Shown: piece by piece, positions 46,508-55,259 of the stretch
Numbering within the stretch: the first letter of the stretch is position 1
Layout of the letters: every line of letters starts with the position of its first letter
Assembly (NCBI GenBank): GCA_963841935.1
Contig: CAWJEP010000005.1
Span: 164,003-228,002 of the forward strand
Length of the DNA stretch: 64,000 nucleotides
From: an uncultured bacterium
Lineage (GTDB): Bacteria; Patescibacteriota; Minisyncoccia; Phycocordibacterales; UBA6065
Reading direction: 5' to 3'
Translations under genes and position numbers: made by a program
Notes under the pieces: model-generated
The model's database searches: none
What the model was told of the DNA's origin: nothing
What the model saw: only the letters and a program-made list of their open reading frames with translations

Positions 46508-49393
46508 CTAGTTTGGAACAATAAAATTTATTATTTTGTTTTTCACGTAAATTATTTTCGACGGTGTTTTTCCGGAGAGCCATTTCTCTAATTCCGACGC
46601 GGCAAAAGCGACTGCTTTTGCCGCGTCTTCGTCGGCATCCGCGGGCACCTCAATCACCGCGCGAACTTTGCCGTTTACTTGTACGGCAATATTTACTTTG
46701 GCGTCTTTGATAAACGCTTCATCCCACTTAGGCCAATCGGAAAGATGTATGGACTTTTTGTTTCCAAGCGAGCGCCATAATTCTTCGCTTATGTGTGGAG
46801 CGAAAGGCGCGAGAAGCTTCAAATAGCTCTCAAAATCGGCGCGAGCTATTGTCGGCACCTTGTCAAAAGCGTTTTGCAAAATCATAAGCGAACTTATCGC
46901 CGTGTTGAAACGCAAATTGGCGATGTCTTCGGTAACTTTCTTGATTGTTTTGTGTAAAAGCGTGTTTGTCGAAGAAAAAACAGCCTCTGGCGAGCGCGTA
47001 GTCTTAGCGGAGTCGGCGGAGCGCACAAGCGAGCCAGAGGCTGTTTTTTCGGAGACTTTCCACACGCGTTCGATGAACCGCCGCGAGCCAATCATACTGT
47101 CGGTGGACCATGCTATGGCTTGATCGAAAGGTCCCATAAACATTTCGTAAACGCGCAAAGTGTCGGCGCCGTATGTCGCGACTATGTCGTCGGGATTTAC
47201 GACATTGCCGAAACGTTTGGACATTTTTCTGCCGTCTTCGCCCATTATGAGTCCGACCGACTGCAATTTTTTAAACGGCTCGATTGTCGAGACAACGCCA
47301 ATGTCGTAAAGAAATTTGTGCCAAAAACGCGCGTATATGAGATGGCGTGTGGCGTGCTCGGCGCCGCCCACATAAAAGTCCACGCTGTTCCAATATTTTT
47401 CTTTTTTCGGAGAAACTAAAACCTTGGAGTCTTTCGGGTCCATATATCGCAAGTAATACCAAGAGCTCCCTGCCCATTGCGGCATCGTATTCGTCTCTCG
47501 TTTCATTCCTTTGAAATTGACCCATTTAGAAATCTCAGCCAAAGGCGACTCCCCCGTTCCCGTCGGTTCGTAATATTTCACTTTCGGCAATACCACCGGC
47601 AAATCTTTTTCCGAGACCGGCACTATTTTATTTCCGTTATGAAGCACCGGGATCGGCTCACCCCAATAGCGCTGCCGTGAGAAAACCCAATCTTTCAATT
47701 TGTATTTCGTCACCCATTTTCCGCCGGCTTTTTCGATGGCGTTCCTATCGGCAAACGGTTCGTCCTTTACGGGCAACTTGAACTTTTCCGCGAACGCCGC
47801 GTCTCTCTCGTCGTGTTTCGGCACTCCCATCACGGCTCCCGTGCCGTAATCGGCAAGGACATAGTCAGCAATCCAGACCGGCACCTCTTCCCCATTCACT
47901 GGATTTACCGCCTTGATTCCTTTCAATTCAACGCCGGTTTTTTCTTTCTTTGCGTCCGTGCGCTCAATTTCCGTTTTGATTCTCGCGGCGGCGACATATT
48001 TCACGACTTCTTTTTCGTTTTTCACTTCATGCAAAAGTTTTTCCACGAGCGGATGCTCCGGAGAAAGCACGACATACGTCACGCCGAAAAGCGTGTCTGG
48101 ACGAGTAGTGAAAACTTTTATTTTTTCCGTTTGATTTTTTATGGCGAAATCGATTTCCGCGCCTTCGCTTCGGCCAATCCAATTTCTCTGCGCCTCTTTT
48201 ATGGATTCCGGCCAATCAAGAAGCGGCTTCACAATATGGCGTGGCGCGCCGTCCATTACCAAATCCCAGCCGAGTTTCGAACCTTCGGCCGTCATTGCGT
48301 CACGAACTTTTTCCTCGGGAAGCCAAGTGACTTCGTGTTTGGCTTGTTCGTCAGCTACGACAGGAGCTTGTTCGCCGTCTTTTAGTTTGAAATAAAAAGA
48401 AGTGAAATGTCCGACGCGGTTTTCGTCTTTCGGCGGATGGAAAAATGTCGAGTGGTATTGACCGGCGCTTCTTTTCACGAGCGTCAGGTTTTTAAATCCC
48501 GTCTCTTCGAATATTTCCGCTCGCGCCGCTTCTTCCGGCGTCTGGCCTTTTTCGATGCCGCCAGTGATAGGAGTCGTCCAATCCACCTTTTTCCATTTGA
48601 GAACTATAAATTTCTTCTCCGACCAGTGTTCGACAAAAGCGCATATGGCGTTTCTCGGAACAAACGGCTTGTCCAATCTCACTTTGCCCGGAACATCGCT
48701 ATTCATATGGGTGATTCCAAATTCGCCATTCGGCAATGTCTCAAAAATGTCGCCGTTTGGCAAAACATTGGTGTCCAAGTCTTTCAAAAGTCTGTCGGCG
48801 TAATCGGTGATTTTCAAAACCCACTGGCGCATCGGTTTCTTCTCGACCGGCGTGCCGCAGCGCTCGCAGCGACCGTCTTCGACGTCTTCGTTCGCGAGGC
48901 CGGTCTTACACGACGGACACCAATTTATCGGCTCGTATGATTCGTAAGCCAAGCCTTTTTCCAAAAGTTTGAGAAAAATCCATTGCGTCCATTTGTAATA
49001 TTTCGGGTCGGTCGTGTTGATTTCCCTACTCCAATCATAATCAAAACCAATGATTTCCAGCTGTTTTTTGTACCTTGCGACATTTTTCGCCACGGCCACG
49101 ACCGGATTGGTCTTGGTCAAAATGGCGTAATTTTCCGCCGGCAAGCCGAAAGCGTCGAAACCCATTGGATGTAAGACGTTGTGCCCCTGCATCCTTTTCA
49201 TTCGGGAGACGATGTCGGTCGCGATGTAGCCCTTCGGATGGCCGACATGAAGACCTTCGCCCGAAGGATACGGAAACATATCGAGAACATAAAACTTGGG
49301 CTTGGGAGAATCATCCTTGGTCGCGTATATTTTCTTTTTCGCCCACCCCTTCTGCCACTTTTTTTCTATTTTCTTATGGTCGTATTGTTTCAT
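46508..49393 (-). CDS. leuS: Leucyl-tRNA synthetase with an inserted NUDIX domain
   Basis: MFPYPSG..LHVGH, FTTRPDT, GTGAVM, SRQRYWG, KMSK; extra segment of about 183 aa with a Nudix-like box. Confidence 0.96.
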   Translation of the reverse strand: MKQYDHKKIEKKWQKGWAKKKIYATKDDSPKPKFYVLDMFPYPSGEGLHVGHPKGYIATDIVSRMKRMQGHNVLHPMGFDAFGLPAENYAILTKTNPVVAVAKNVARYKKQLEIIGFDYDWSREINTTDPKYYKWTQWIFLKLLEKGLAYESYEPINWCPSCKTGLANEDVEDGRCERCGTPVEKKPMRQWVLKITDYADRLLKDLDTNVLPNGDIFETLPNGEFGITHMNSDVPGKVRLDKPFVPRNAICAFVEHWSEKKFIVLKWKKVDWTTPITGGIEKGQTPEEAARAEIFEETGFKNLTLVKRSAGQYHSTFFHPPKDENRVGHFTSFYFKLKDGEQAPVVADEQAKHEVTWLPEEKVRDAMTAEGSKLGWDLVMDGAPRHIVKPLLDWPESIKEAQRNWIGRSEGAEIDFAIKNQTEKIKVFTTRPDTLFGVTYVVLSPEHPLVEKLLHEVKNEKEVVKYVAAARIKTEIERTDAKKEKTGVELKGIKAVNPVNGEEVPVWIADYVLADYGTGAVMGVPKHDERDAAFAEKFKLPVKDEPFADRNAIEKAGGKWVTKYKLKDWVFSRQRYWGEPIPVLHNGNKIVPVSEKDLPVVLPKVKYYEPTGTGESPLAEISKWVNFKGMKRETNTMPQWAGSSWYYLRYMDPKDSKVLVSPKKEKYWNSVDFYVGGAEHATRHLIYARFWHKFLYDIGVVSTIEPFKKLQSVGLIMGEDGRKMSKRFGNVVNPDDIVATYGADTLRVYEMFMGPFDQAIAWSTDSMIGSRRFIERVWKVSEKTASGSLVRSADSAKTTRSPEAVFSSTNTLLHKTIKKVTEDIANLRFNTAISSLMILQNAFDKVPTIARADFESYLKLLAPFAPHISEELWRSLGNKKSIHLSDWPKWDEAFIKDAKVNIAVQVNGKVRAVIEVPADADEDAAKAVAFAASELEKWLSGKTPSKIIYVKNKIINFIVPN
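46974..47050. repeat. Conserved-loop hairpin element, copy 4 (in frame inside leuS)
   Basis: Perfect 18-bp arms 46974-46991 and 47033-47050; 41-nt core GAGCGCGTAGTCTTAGCGGAGTCGGCGGAGCGCACAAGCGA; the leuS frame reads LVRSADSAKTTR. Confidence 0.9.
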
Positions 49394-49823
49394 TTTTAAA
49401 TTTGCGCAGAGCGAGATATATGAGTGCGATGAGAGCAATGCCGAGAATGACGACTCTCATCCAGCCGTAAGCCGACGACCAATATCTGAAAGACGCTATG
49501 ACAAGCGTGAGTATTCCGGAGAACGAAAGCGATGTGGAAACCACGGCATTTGTTTTCAAAAAGAAACTTAGGACGATGAGAATGACTCCGACGGCGACGA
49601 GAGTCATAAAGACTTCCGCCTGATAATTATTTTCCGCGGCGGTGTAATTATTTGAGCAAATGACATCGTTGGATTGCGGCGTAATAACGTCCGTTTGCGG
49701 GCAGAAATCGTTATATTGTGGCTCTTGGTAAATAAGCGAAAGAGAATAATTTATGAACATATTGGCGACGATGACGATGCCAATGATGAGCGACCATTTG
49801 AGAAGTTTTGATTGCTTTTGCAT
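49374..49823 (-). CDS. Four-TM membrane protein of unknown function
   Basis: Hydrophobic segments with a Cys-containing loop; TGcTATATT lies 6 nt before ATG 49823. Confidence 0.7.
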   Translation of the reverse strand: MQKQSKLLKWSLIIGIVIVANMFINYSLSLIYQEPQYNDFCPQTDVITPQSNDVICSNNYTAAENNYQAEVFMTLVAVGVILIVLSFFLKTNAVVSTSLSFSGILTLVIASFRYWSSAYGWMRVVILGIALIALIYLALRKFKNETIRP

Positions 49824-49846
49824 GAGTGTAATATAGCATTTCACCA

Positions 49847-49933
49847 CAAAAATAAAAAACGCACGTATTTTCTCGCTTGTGCGCTTCGCTCCGACTTACG
49901 CGCTCGAAAAATACGTACGTTTTTTATTTTTTG
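49847..49933. repeat. Conserved-loop hairpin element, copy 5 (intergenic, opposite orientation)
   Basis: Core 49873-49905 is the exact reverse complement of the copy 1 core; AT-rich near-perfect arms of about 26 bp. Confidence 0.9.
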
Positions 49934-49945
49934 TAACAACCGACT

Positions 49946-50191
49946 TTACATCTTCGGGGCCATTGCCGCGTCCGACGCGCAAGTCTTGCAATCCTTCTTG
50001 TGGGTAAAGACTAGGACAAGCGCCGAAACGCCGACTAGAACATAGACCAATGCCTCAAGCCACGGCCACGAGCCGAGGAGAAGATTGACCACGTTCCAGT
50101 TGCCGCCGAACCAATCTCCCAAACCGACGAGTCCCCAGTTGAGGCCGCCGATTATGAGAAGAATGAAGGCGATTTTATGAGTTGCTCTCAT
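49946..50191 (-). CDS. DUF378 family membrane protein
   Basis: IIGGLNWGLVG...VYVLVGVSA. Confidence 0.85.
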   Translation of the reverse strand: MRATHKIAFILLIIGGLNWGLVGLGDWFGGNWNVVNLLLGSWPWLEALVYVLVGVSALVLVFTHKKDCKTCASDAAMAPKM

Positions 50192-50316
50192 TTTTCGTAA
50201 AAAATTAATGAATAATGTCTGCGACTTACGCTACATATTTTACCATTTTGGCGATATCTAGAGATTATAAGTTATCCACTACTCCAAGTCGTCCAAACTG
50301 CGAATTTCATTGGCTA

Positions 50317-52062
50317 TTAGGAAAATCTCTGGTCTATATCGCCCATCTTTTTGTGAACGACTTTCTCTATGTCGCTGATGTTGTTCTTGAGGCGTTTAAT
50401 GAGCGCTTCTTCTTCGTTCGTAAGTGTCCGACGAGTTTTGGCGCGTTCCAAAAGTCGTATGTGGTCTTCAAGGTCTTCTTGAAGAACCTTAAACGAATTG
50501 TCAATGACGAATTCCGCTCCGTGTAATTCTTTGCGGAAATTTTTCTTCATCAGACGGAGTTTGTATGTCGCGAAAAAGACAAGAAATATAAGAAGGAATA
50601 TAAGAGCGAGGGTTGGAATGATGATGATTAGAGCATTCAAGGCGTACGAACCTATGACGAAGATAATGGGCGTGCTTACGATAACCACCACGCTTTGCGA
50701 AGGTAAACTTTTCGCCCCGCGACTGTCGGTCGCTACGGCATAGATAGTGTAAGCGCCGGATGTCAATGGTTTTTCAAATACCGCTGACCAACTGCCGCTC
50801 TTGTCCGAAGTAACTTGGTTGTCAATCGGAGTGTTGCTACCGCTTGTCGCAAAGACGTCAATGGTCACGTTGGGAAGAGCCGTTCCCGTGATTCTTACCA
50901 AATCGCCGTTTTTGGCCTGTTGCGGATACTCGGTAATGGAAGGAGTCGCAATGCCGACAACATTCACGTCAACGGAGGCGATGTCAAAGTTGCCGGCTCC
51001 GTCAAACACTTTACCAATAATGGAATGGTCGCCGGGAGCGAGAGGCCCCGTATTGTAGACACCGGTTCCGTCATCAACCCATTTGACCGGGTCGGCTTTG
51101 TCAATCTGAATCGTGTAATACGGCGTGCCGGAAATACTGTCCAAGGATGAAAGAGACAGCTGTACATTGGGGTCGGTCGGGTCGCTTCGCGGGATTTCTT
51201 TCATCACGAAAGATTCCGGCGGCGTGGTATCCACTTTTATGACGAAGTCCGATATGGCTCCCCAGCCATTCGCGTTTTCATCCTGTACGTGGAAATGCCA
51301 TACACCGGGTGTTATATCCGTTAGCTCTTTTGAACTTATGGCCGGCTTATAGACAACCGTCGGAACAGCATCCGACAACCTGCCGAAAAGAACCCGGGTG
51401 GCGATGGTGTCCGGTGAATTATTCCACGAGAGTTCGGCTGTCGTGCTCGTGTACCAATCGTTTTGGTTCGGATGCGTTGACGAAGTAATATTCGGAGCGG
51501 GTGGCGTGCCGGAAGAAGGAACAAAGGACGGCGTCGCCGGAACGACAACCTGACCGTTACTGGTTCCTAAAGTAAACGACGCGGAACCGATGGTCTTGAG
51601 AATGTTTGTCCCTTGTCCGTCATTGGCCAAAACCGACGCCGAAGAAAACGAGACTGGCGCCGAGCCGCCGGCGATAACTTTGAAATTGATAGTCGCGACG
51701 ACGGCGTCCGGACCTTGAAAACCGGGATTGGGAATTATACCCTCGAAGGAAACCGTGCCAGCGGCGTTTGAAAACGTCGGTTGGGTTACCCAAAGAGTCA
51801 CGACTGACCCAGTCGTTGAGACCGACGATACTTGCAGTTTATCCGTGGGAAAATTAATTAGACCGGAGACGGCGTTTATTGATTGGGCGGCGCTTGAAAC
51901 GACGACTTGAACCGAGAATGAATTGTCGAGATTGTATGTTCCACTTGACGGAGAAAGAATGAGAGAGTCGTCGGCGTAGACGACACTTGTTGACATTGCA
52001 AAAACCGCGAGAGAGACAACTAACGCGTAGAAAAACGCCGCGAATATATGAGGTACACGCAT
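50317..52062 (-). CDS. Surface protein: cohesin-like domain, Ig-like domains, C-terminal TM and cytoplasmic tail
   Basis: Signal-like N-terminus, INAVSGLINF...LW...P...SFEG..PNPGF...VLANDGQG, SSTHP, DTTPP, TM helix near the C-terminus. Confidence 0.75.
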   Translation of the reverse strand: MRVPHIFAAFFYALVVSLAVFAMSTSVVYADDSLILSPSSGTYNLDNSFSVQVVVSSAAQSINAVSGLINFPTDKLQVSSVSTTGSVVTLWVTQPTFSNAAGTVSFEGIIPNPGFQGPDAVVATINFKVIAGGSAPVSFSSASVLANDGQGTNILKTIGSASFTLGTSNGQVVVPATPSFVPSSGTPPAPNITSSTHPNQNDWYTSTTAELSWNNSPDTIATRVLFGRLSDAVPTVVYKPAISSKELTDITPGVWHFHVQDENANGWGAISDFVIKVDTTPPESFVMKEIPRSDPTDPNVQLSLSSLDSISGTPYYTIQIDKADPVKWVDDGTGVYNTGPLAPGDHSIIGKVFDGAGNFDIASVDVNVVGIATPSITEYPQQAKNGDLVRITGTALPNVTIDVFATSGSNTPIDNQVTSDKSGSWSAVFEKPLTSGAYTIYAVATDSRGAKSLPSQSVVVIVSTPIIFVIGSYALNALIIIIPTLALIFLLIFLVFFATYKLRLMKKNFRKELHGAEFVIDNSFKVLQEDLEDHIRLLERAKTRRTLTNEEEALIKRLKNNISDIEKVVHKKMGDIDQRFS

Positions 52063-52895
52063 ATGCTTAATTCAAGAATTATTATAACAAAAATAATCAA
52101 GGCAAGTCGATGATGCGGTGCATAAACCATTTCAACGCGAATATTGCCTGATTTATCAACGGCTTTTACGTAAACCTTTTGGATGCCGGACTGATTGGAA
52201 AGCTCGTAAGGACTTGTTGCTATCTTCCAATCGCCCGCGCTCGGCGGAAAAAGGAATGTCTCGGCTATTTCAAAGTGGTCAATGCCGCTATCCTTATCCG
52301 TGGTATCAAACGAAACGAAATATTTTCCGCCAAATAAAGAATCGCTGCGCGAGATGAGCGGAGTAAACTGCTCCGGCGGGATAGTGTCGGAAATTTCCGC
52401 CCTCTGCGGATACTTGGCAACCGGAGCGATGGTGAAAGTAAGAGGTAAAGATGAAGCGGTTATTTCCGTACCAAGACCGTCGTTTTTCAAAAGAGTCATT
52501 TCGTCAACGGAAACCATGGCGTCGCCTTCCTTCTCGGCGCTAAACAGAAGAGTAAAGATTACTTGATGAGCTCCTTCCAGGCCGCCGGGAATGATTCCGG
52601 AGAAAGATATTTCGTTCGTCGTAGTCCCATATGTCGGACGTTCTATCCAAAGCGGCACGACGGAATTGTCGTATTCAATACCCTGGAAGGAAAGCGTGTC
52701 GGAGAAAGACACGGCACCGGAAAGAGCGTTCACCGAATCGTTGGCAGATGAGAAAGAAAGTGACGTGAGGAAACTGTCGCCTTGGTGAACTTGCGTTGCC
52801 GGCGCGTCAAAGCCGACAGACGCGGCGTAGATAAAGGCAAAAGGCGCCAAAAGAAAAATAAAAGTGAAAAATGAAATGTAAAAATTTTTATGCAT
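52020..52895 (-). CDS. Cohesin-like domain surface protein with C-terminal TM
   Basis: Signal peptide, VNALSG...LWIERP...FSGIIPGG...LKNDGLG, DKDSGIDH, KAVDKSGN. Confidence 0.75.
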   Translation of the reverse strand: MHKNFYISFFTFIFLLAPFAFIYAASVGFDAPATQVHQGDSFLTSLSFSSANDSVNALSGAVSFSDTLSFQGIEYDNSVVPLWIERPTYGTTTNEISFSGIIPGGLEGAHQVIFTLLFSAEKEGDAMVSVDEMTLLKNDGLGTEITASSLPLTFTIAPVAKYPQRAEISDTIPPEQFTPLISRSDSLFGGKYFVSFDTTDKDSGIDHFEIAETFLFPPSAGDWKIATSPYELSNQSGIQKVYVKAVDKSGNIRVEMVYAPHHRLALIIFVIIILELSICVYLIYSRRFSTR

Positions 52896-52899
52896 AGTA

Positions 52900-54252
52900 T
52901 TATCCCGTCCAATGCGAGGCCATGATACTGAAGTCAACGAGGTCAACCTTGCCGTCACCGTTTAAGTCCGCCGACTTTGGCGGATTTGAACGATTAAACC
53001 AATACGCGAGAATGGAAAAATCAATGAGATTTACCTTACCGTCGCAGTTTATGTCTGATTTTATGCAAGCGGTGGAAACTGGTACTAAAACGTCTTGCGT
53101 GCCGACGGAGAAACCAACCGAGGCGCTAAACTCGCTTATATTGCCTTGAGTTGAGGATTTTGATTTCGTCGTGTGGTCGCCGTAGTCAAGCGGCGTGGTA
53201 TCAAGATTGTAAAGATAAATACCGCTTTTATCCGACGCGGTAACTCCAAAAAGGGTCTGGTCGGAATTTACTTGTATGGTAACCGTGCTTGAAGCGGATG
53301 TTTGCCCGAAAATAGCAAGATTGTCGCCTTTCTTAACCTCGCTTTTATCAACGGCAATGGTGGGAACGATGAAAATACTCCCAATGTTTGTCGTCACGCC
53401 GGATGTCACGCTTGCCGGAAACGTTAAGAGGTCGGAACGCCGTCCCGCGTTGTCGCTTCCATAAACGGAAAACAAATAATTTCCCGCCGGGACACCGCTT
53501 ACCTCTACTTGAAAATTAGCGTCGGCGTCGGCAATAGTGGAAGCGACAACTTGAGCATCTTCAAGAATCGTCACATCACTTGACGGATACGCCCGACCAG
53601 AAAAAATCACGTTGCCCATGCCGGAGGGAGTTGAATTATAATTTCCGCCGCCGCCCCCTCCACCACCTCCTCCGCCTCCACCTCCACCACCGCCTCCACC
53701 GCCGCCACCTGATGATGCCGGAGTCGCGGAGACCTCGGACGAAGTCGCGATAACATTGCTGAACGTGTCCAATACATCCACCACAAAATAGTAAGTCGTG
53801 CCATTGGAAAGACCTGTTTGCGCGTGAGAAAACGTGTTACCGACGGAAGTGAAAGAGTAAGGTCCGCCCGGCGTCGTCCCCTGCCCTATTGAATATCCGG
53901 AAATGCTAAGTCCGCTTCCGGCGGTTGCCGACGTCCAAGACAAAGATACTTGAGAATCGCCGGGAGTCGTCTGGACGACGGGCGAAGAAAAATAGGGAAA
54001 ATAAAGAAAACCACCTAGAACGTCAAAAGAGTTCCCCGTTGAGATGCCTATGGCCGCCTGGTCCATGGCTCCGAGCAATTCAAAACTATTGGACGAACTA
54101 TAATTCCCGGAGTTTATAATCGGATTACGGACTTGATAATCAGAGGAATAGAATGTTTGTGAATGAACGGGTTTTATGTTTAAAAAAAATGTGCCGGAAA
54201 TTAGCAATAAACAAATTAGAAAAAATTGTTTCTGTAAATTTTTAAAATACAT
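52900..54252 (-). CDS. Secreted FN3/Ig-like protein with a C-terminal dockerin
   Basis: Signal peptide, FN3 (LSW...GLSNGTTYYFVV), 22-Gly linker, duplicated DINCDGKVNLID / DLNGDGKVDLVD calcium loops. Confidence 0.8.
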   Translation of the reverse strand: MYFKNLQKQFFLICLLLISGTFFLNIKPVHSQTFYSSDYQVRNPIINSGNYSSSNSFELLGAMDQAAIGISTGNSFDVLGGFLYFPYFSSPVVQTTPGDSQVSLSWTSATAGSGLSISGYSIGQGTTPGGPYSFTSVGNTFSHAQTGLSNGTTYYFVVDVLDTFSNVIATSSEVSATPASSGGGGGGGGGGGGGGGGGGGGGGNYNSTPSGMGNVIFSGRAYPSSDVTILEDAQVVASTIADADANFQVEVSGVPAGNYLFSVYGSDNAGRRSDLLTFPASVTSGVTTNIGSIFIVPTIAVDKSEVKKGDNLAIFGQTSASSTVTIQVNSDQTLFGVTASDKSGIYLYNLDTTPLDYGDHTTKSKSSTQGNISEFSASVGFSVGTQDVLVPVSTACIKSDINCDGKVNLIDFSILAYWFNRSNPPKSADLNGDGKVDLVDFSIMASHWTG

Positions 54253-54272
54253 GTTCTAAAAACCCATGTGGT

Positions 54273-55217
54273 TTATTGCGTCTGTCCGTCAGTGGTATCC
54301 GATGCGGTAGTTGTTTCAACAGTCGGCGCCGGCGTTTCGGTTGTGGATGTGGCCTCCAGCGTTGGCTCTTGAGTCGTATCCGAAGTTGACGTGGCGGTTT
54401 CCGAAGTCTCTGTTGAAGTTGTAGCCGTCGCGGTCGTGTAATCGGTTGCCGTTTCTGTAGTTGTCGCGGTTGCGGTTTCAGTTGTAGTTGCGGTTGAAGT
54501 TGTCGCGGTTGCGGTTGAAGTTGAAGTTACGGTTGAAGTTACCGTCGGTTCTTGCGCGGATTCCGTTTGAGATGAAGTCGGATTTGAAGTCTGGTTTACT
54601 TGGGATTCCGGGTTCGGAGTAGAAACTACGACCGATGTTTGCCTTGCTTCTACGGTAGCGGCAACTTCCGGAACGGCTTCCGGTATGACCGGATTATAAC
54701 CTTCTATGATTTCTGTTCTGGGATTCAAGAATTTTCCGATAAGGCCGGAATATTCCACCGTAACTACTTTTTGAGACGACCCTGCCGCTTCTTCCAGTTT
54801 CTGAACTCTTTTCAAAGAAGATAGTTCGTAGTTGATATTGTCACTCAACTCTTTTGCAACATAGAGCCCGAGGTCTTTATCGCCCAAAGCCGCCTTGCTT
54901 ACCGTCAAAGTTTTTTCTACCTGTTTTACCTGCCAGGCACCGTCAACAATTGCCAGCGTCTGATAGGAATAATCGGCATAATAATTTTTATCGTCATCGG
55001 TAATGGAATTTATCTTCAGATTGAAATTAAAGTTATCCAAATCGGTAGAAAGAATCAAACTATTATCCACGGAAGTCACTGCGGTTCTGCTGGAATATAT
55101 ACTATCGCGCGCCGTTGGGCTGGCGGCAAAAACTATTCCGGAACTAAAAAAACAAACGATAAAAACAATGGTAAAAGCGTTATTGTATTTTACGAAATTG
55201 AGAACTTTTTTATACAT
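54273..55217 (-). CDS. Exported protein with a Thr/Ser/Glu-rich C-terminal tail
   Basis: N-terminal hydrophobic segment; tail TATATTSTATTTETATATTT. Confidence 0.75.
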   Translation of the reverse strand: MYKKVLNFVKYNNAFTIVFIVCFFSSGIVFAASPTARDSIYSSRTAVTSVDNSLILSTDLDNFNFNLKINSITDDDKNYYADYSYQTLAIVDGAWQVKQVEKTLTVSKAALGDKDLGLYVAKELSDNINYELSSLKRVQKLEEAAGSSQKVVTVEYSGLIGKFLNPRTEIIEGYNPVIPEAVPEVAATVEARQTSVVVSTPNPESQVNQTSNPTSSQTESAQEPTVTSTVTSTSTATATTSTATTTETATATTTETATDYTTATATTSTETSETATSTSDTTQEPTLEATSTTETPAPTVETTTASDTTDGQTQ

Positions 55218-55259
55218 ATTCGGCTTTAATTATAGTGAAAAAAAAGATGTAAAGCAATA

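Noticed and set aside
48224-48772. Intein in leuS
   Set aside because: No C-terminal His-Asn followed by Cys/Ser/Thr and no homing endonuclease motifs; a Nudix-like box is present instead.
1446-49933. Hairpin elements as simple terminators or CRISPR repeats
   Set aside because: Loops of 33-41 nt are conserved, two copies lie within CDSs, and the copies are dispersed. Intergenic copies might still terminate transcription secondarily.
50272-50280. DnaA-box-like TTATCCACT (also TTATTCACA near 1534) as an origin
   Set aside because: Isolated one-mismatch boxes with no cluster and no dnaA or dnaN nearby.
377-54824. Numerous short alternative-frame and antisense ORFs in the ORF track
   Set aside because: They overlap well-supported genes and show no recognisable motifs.
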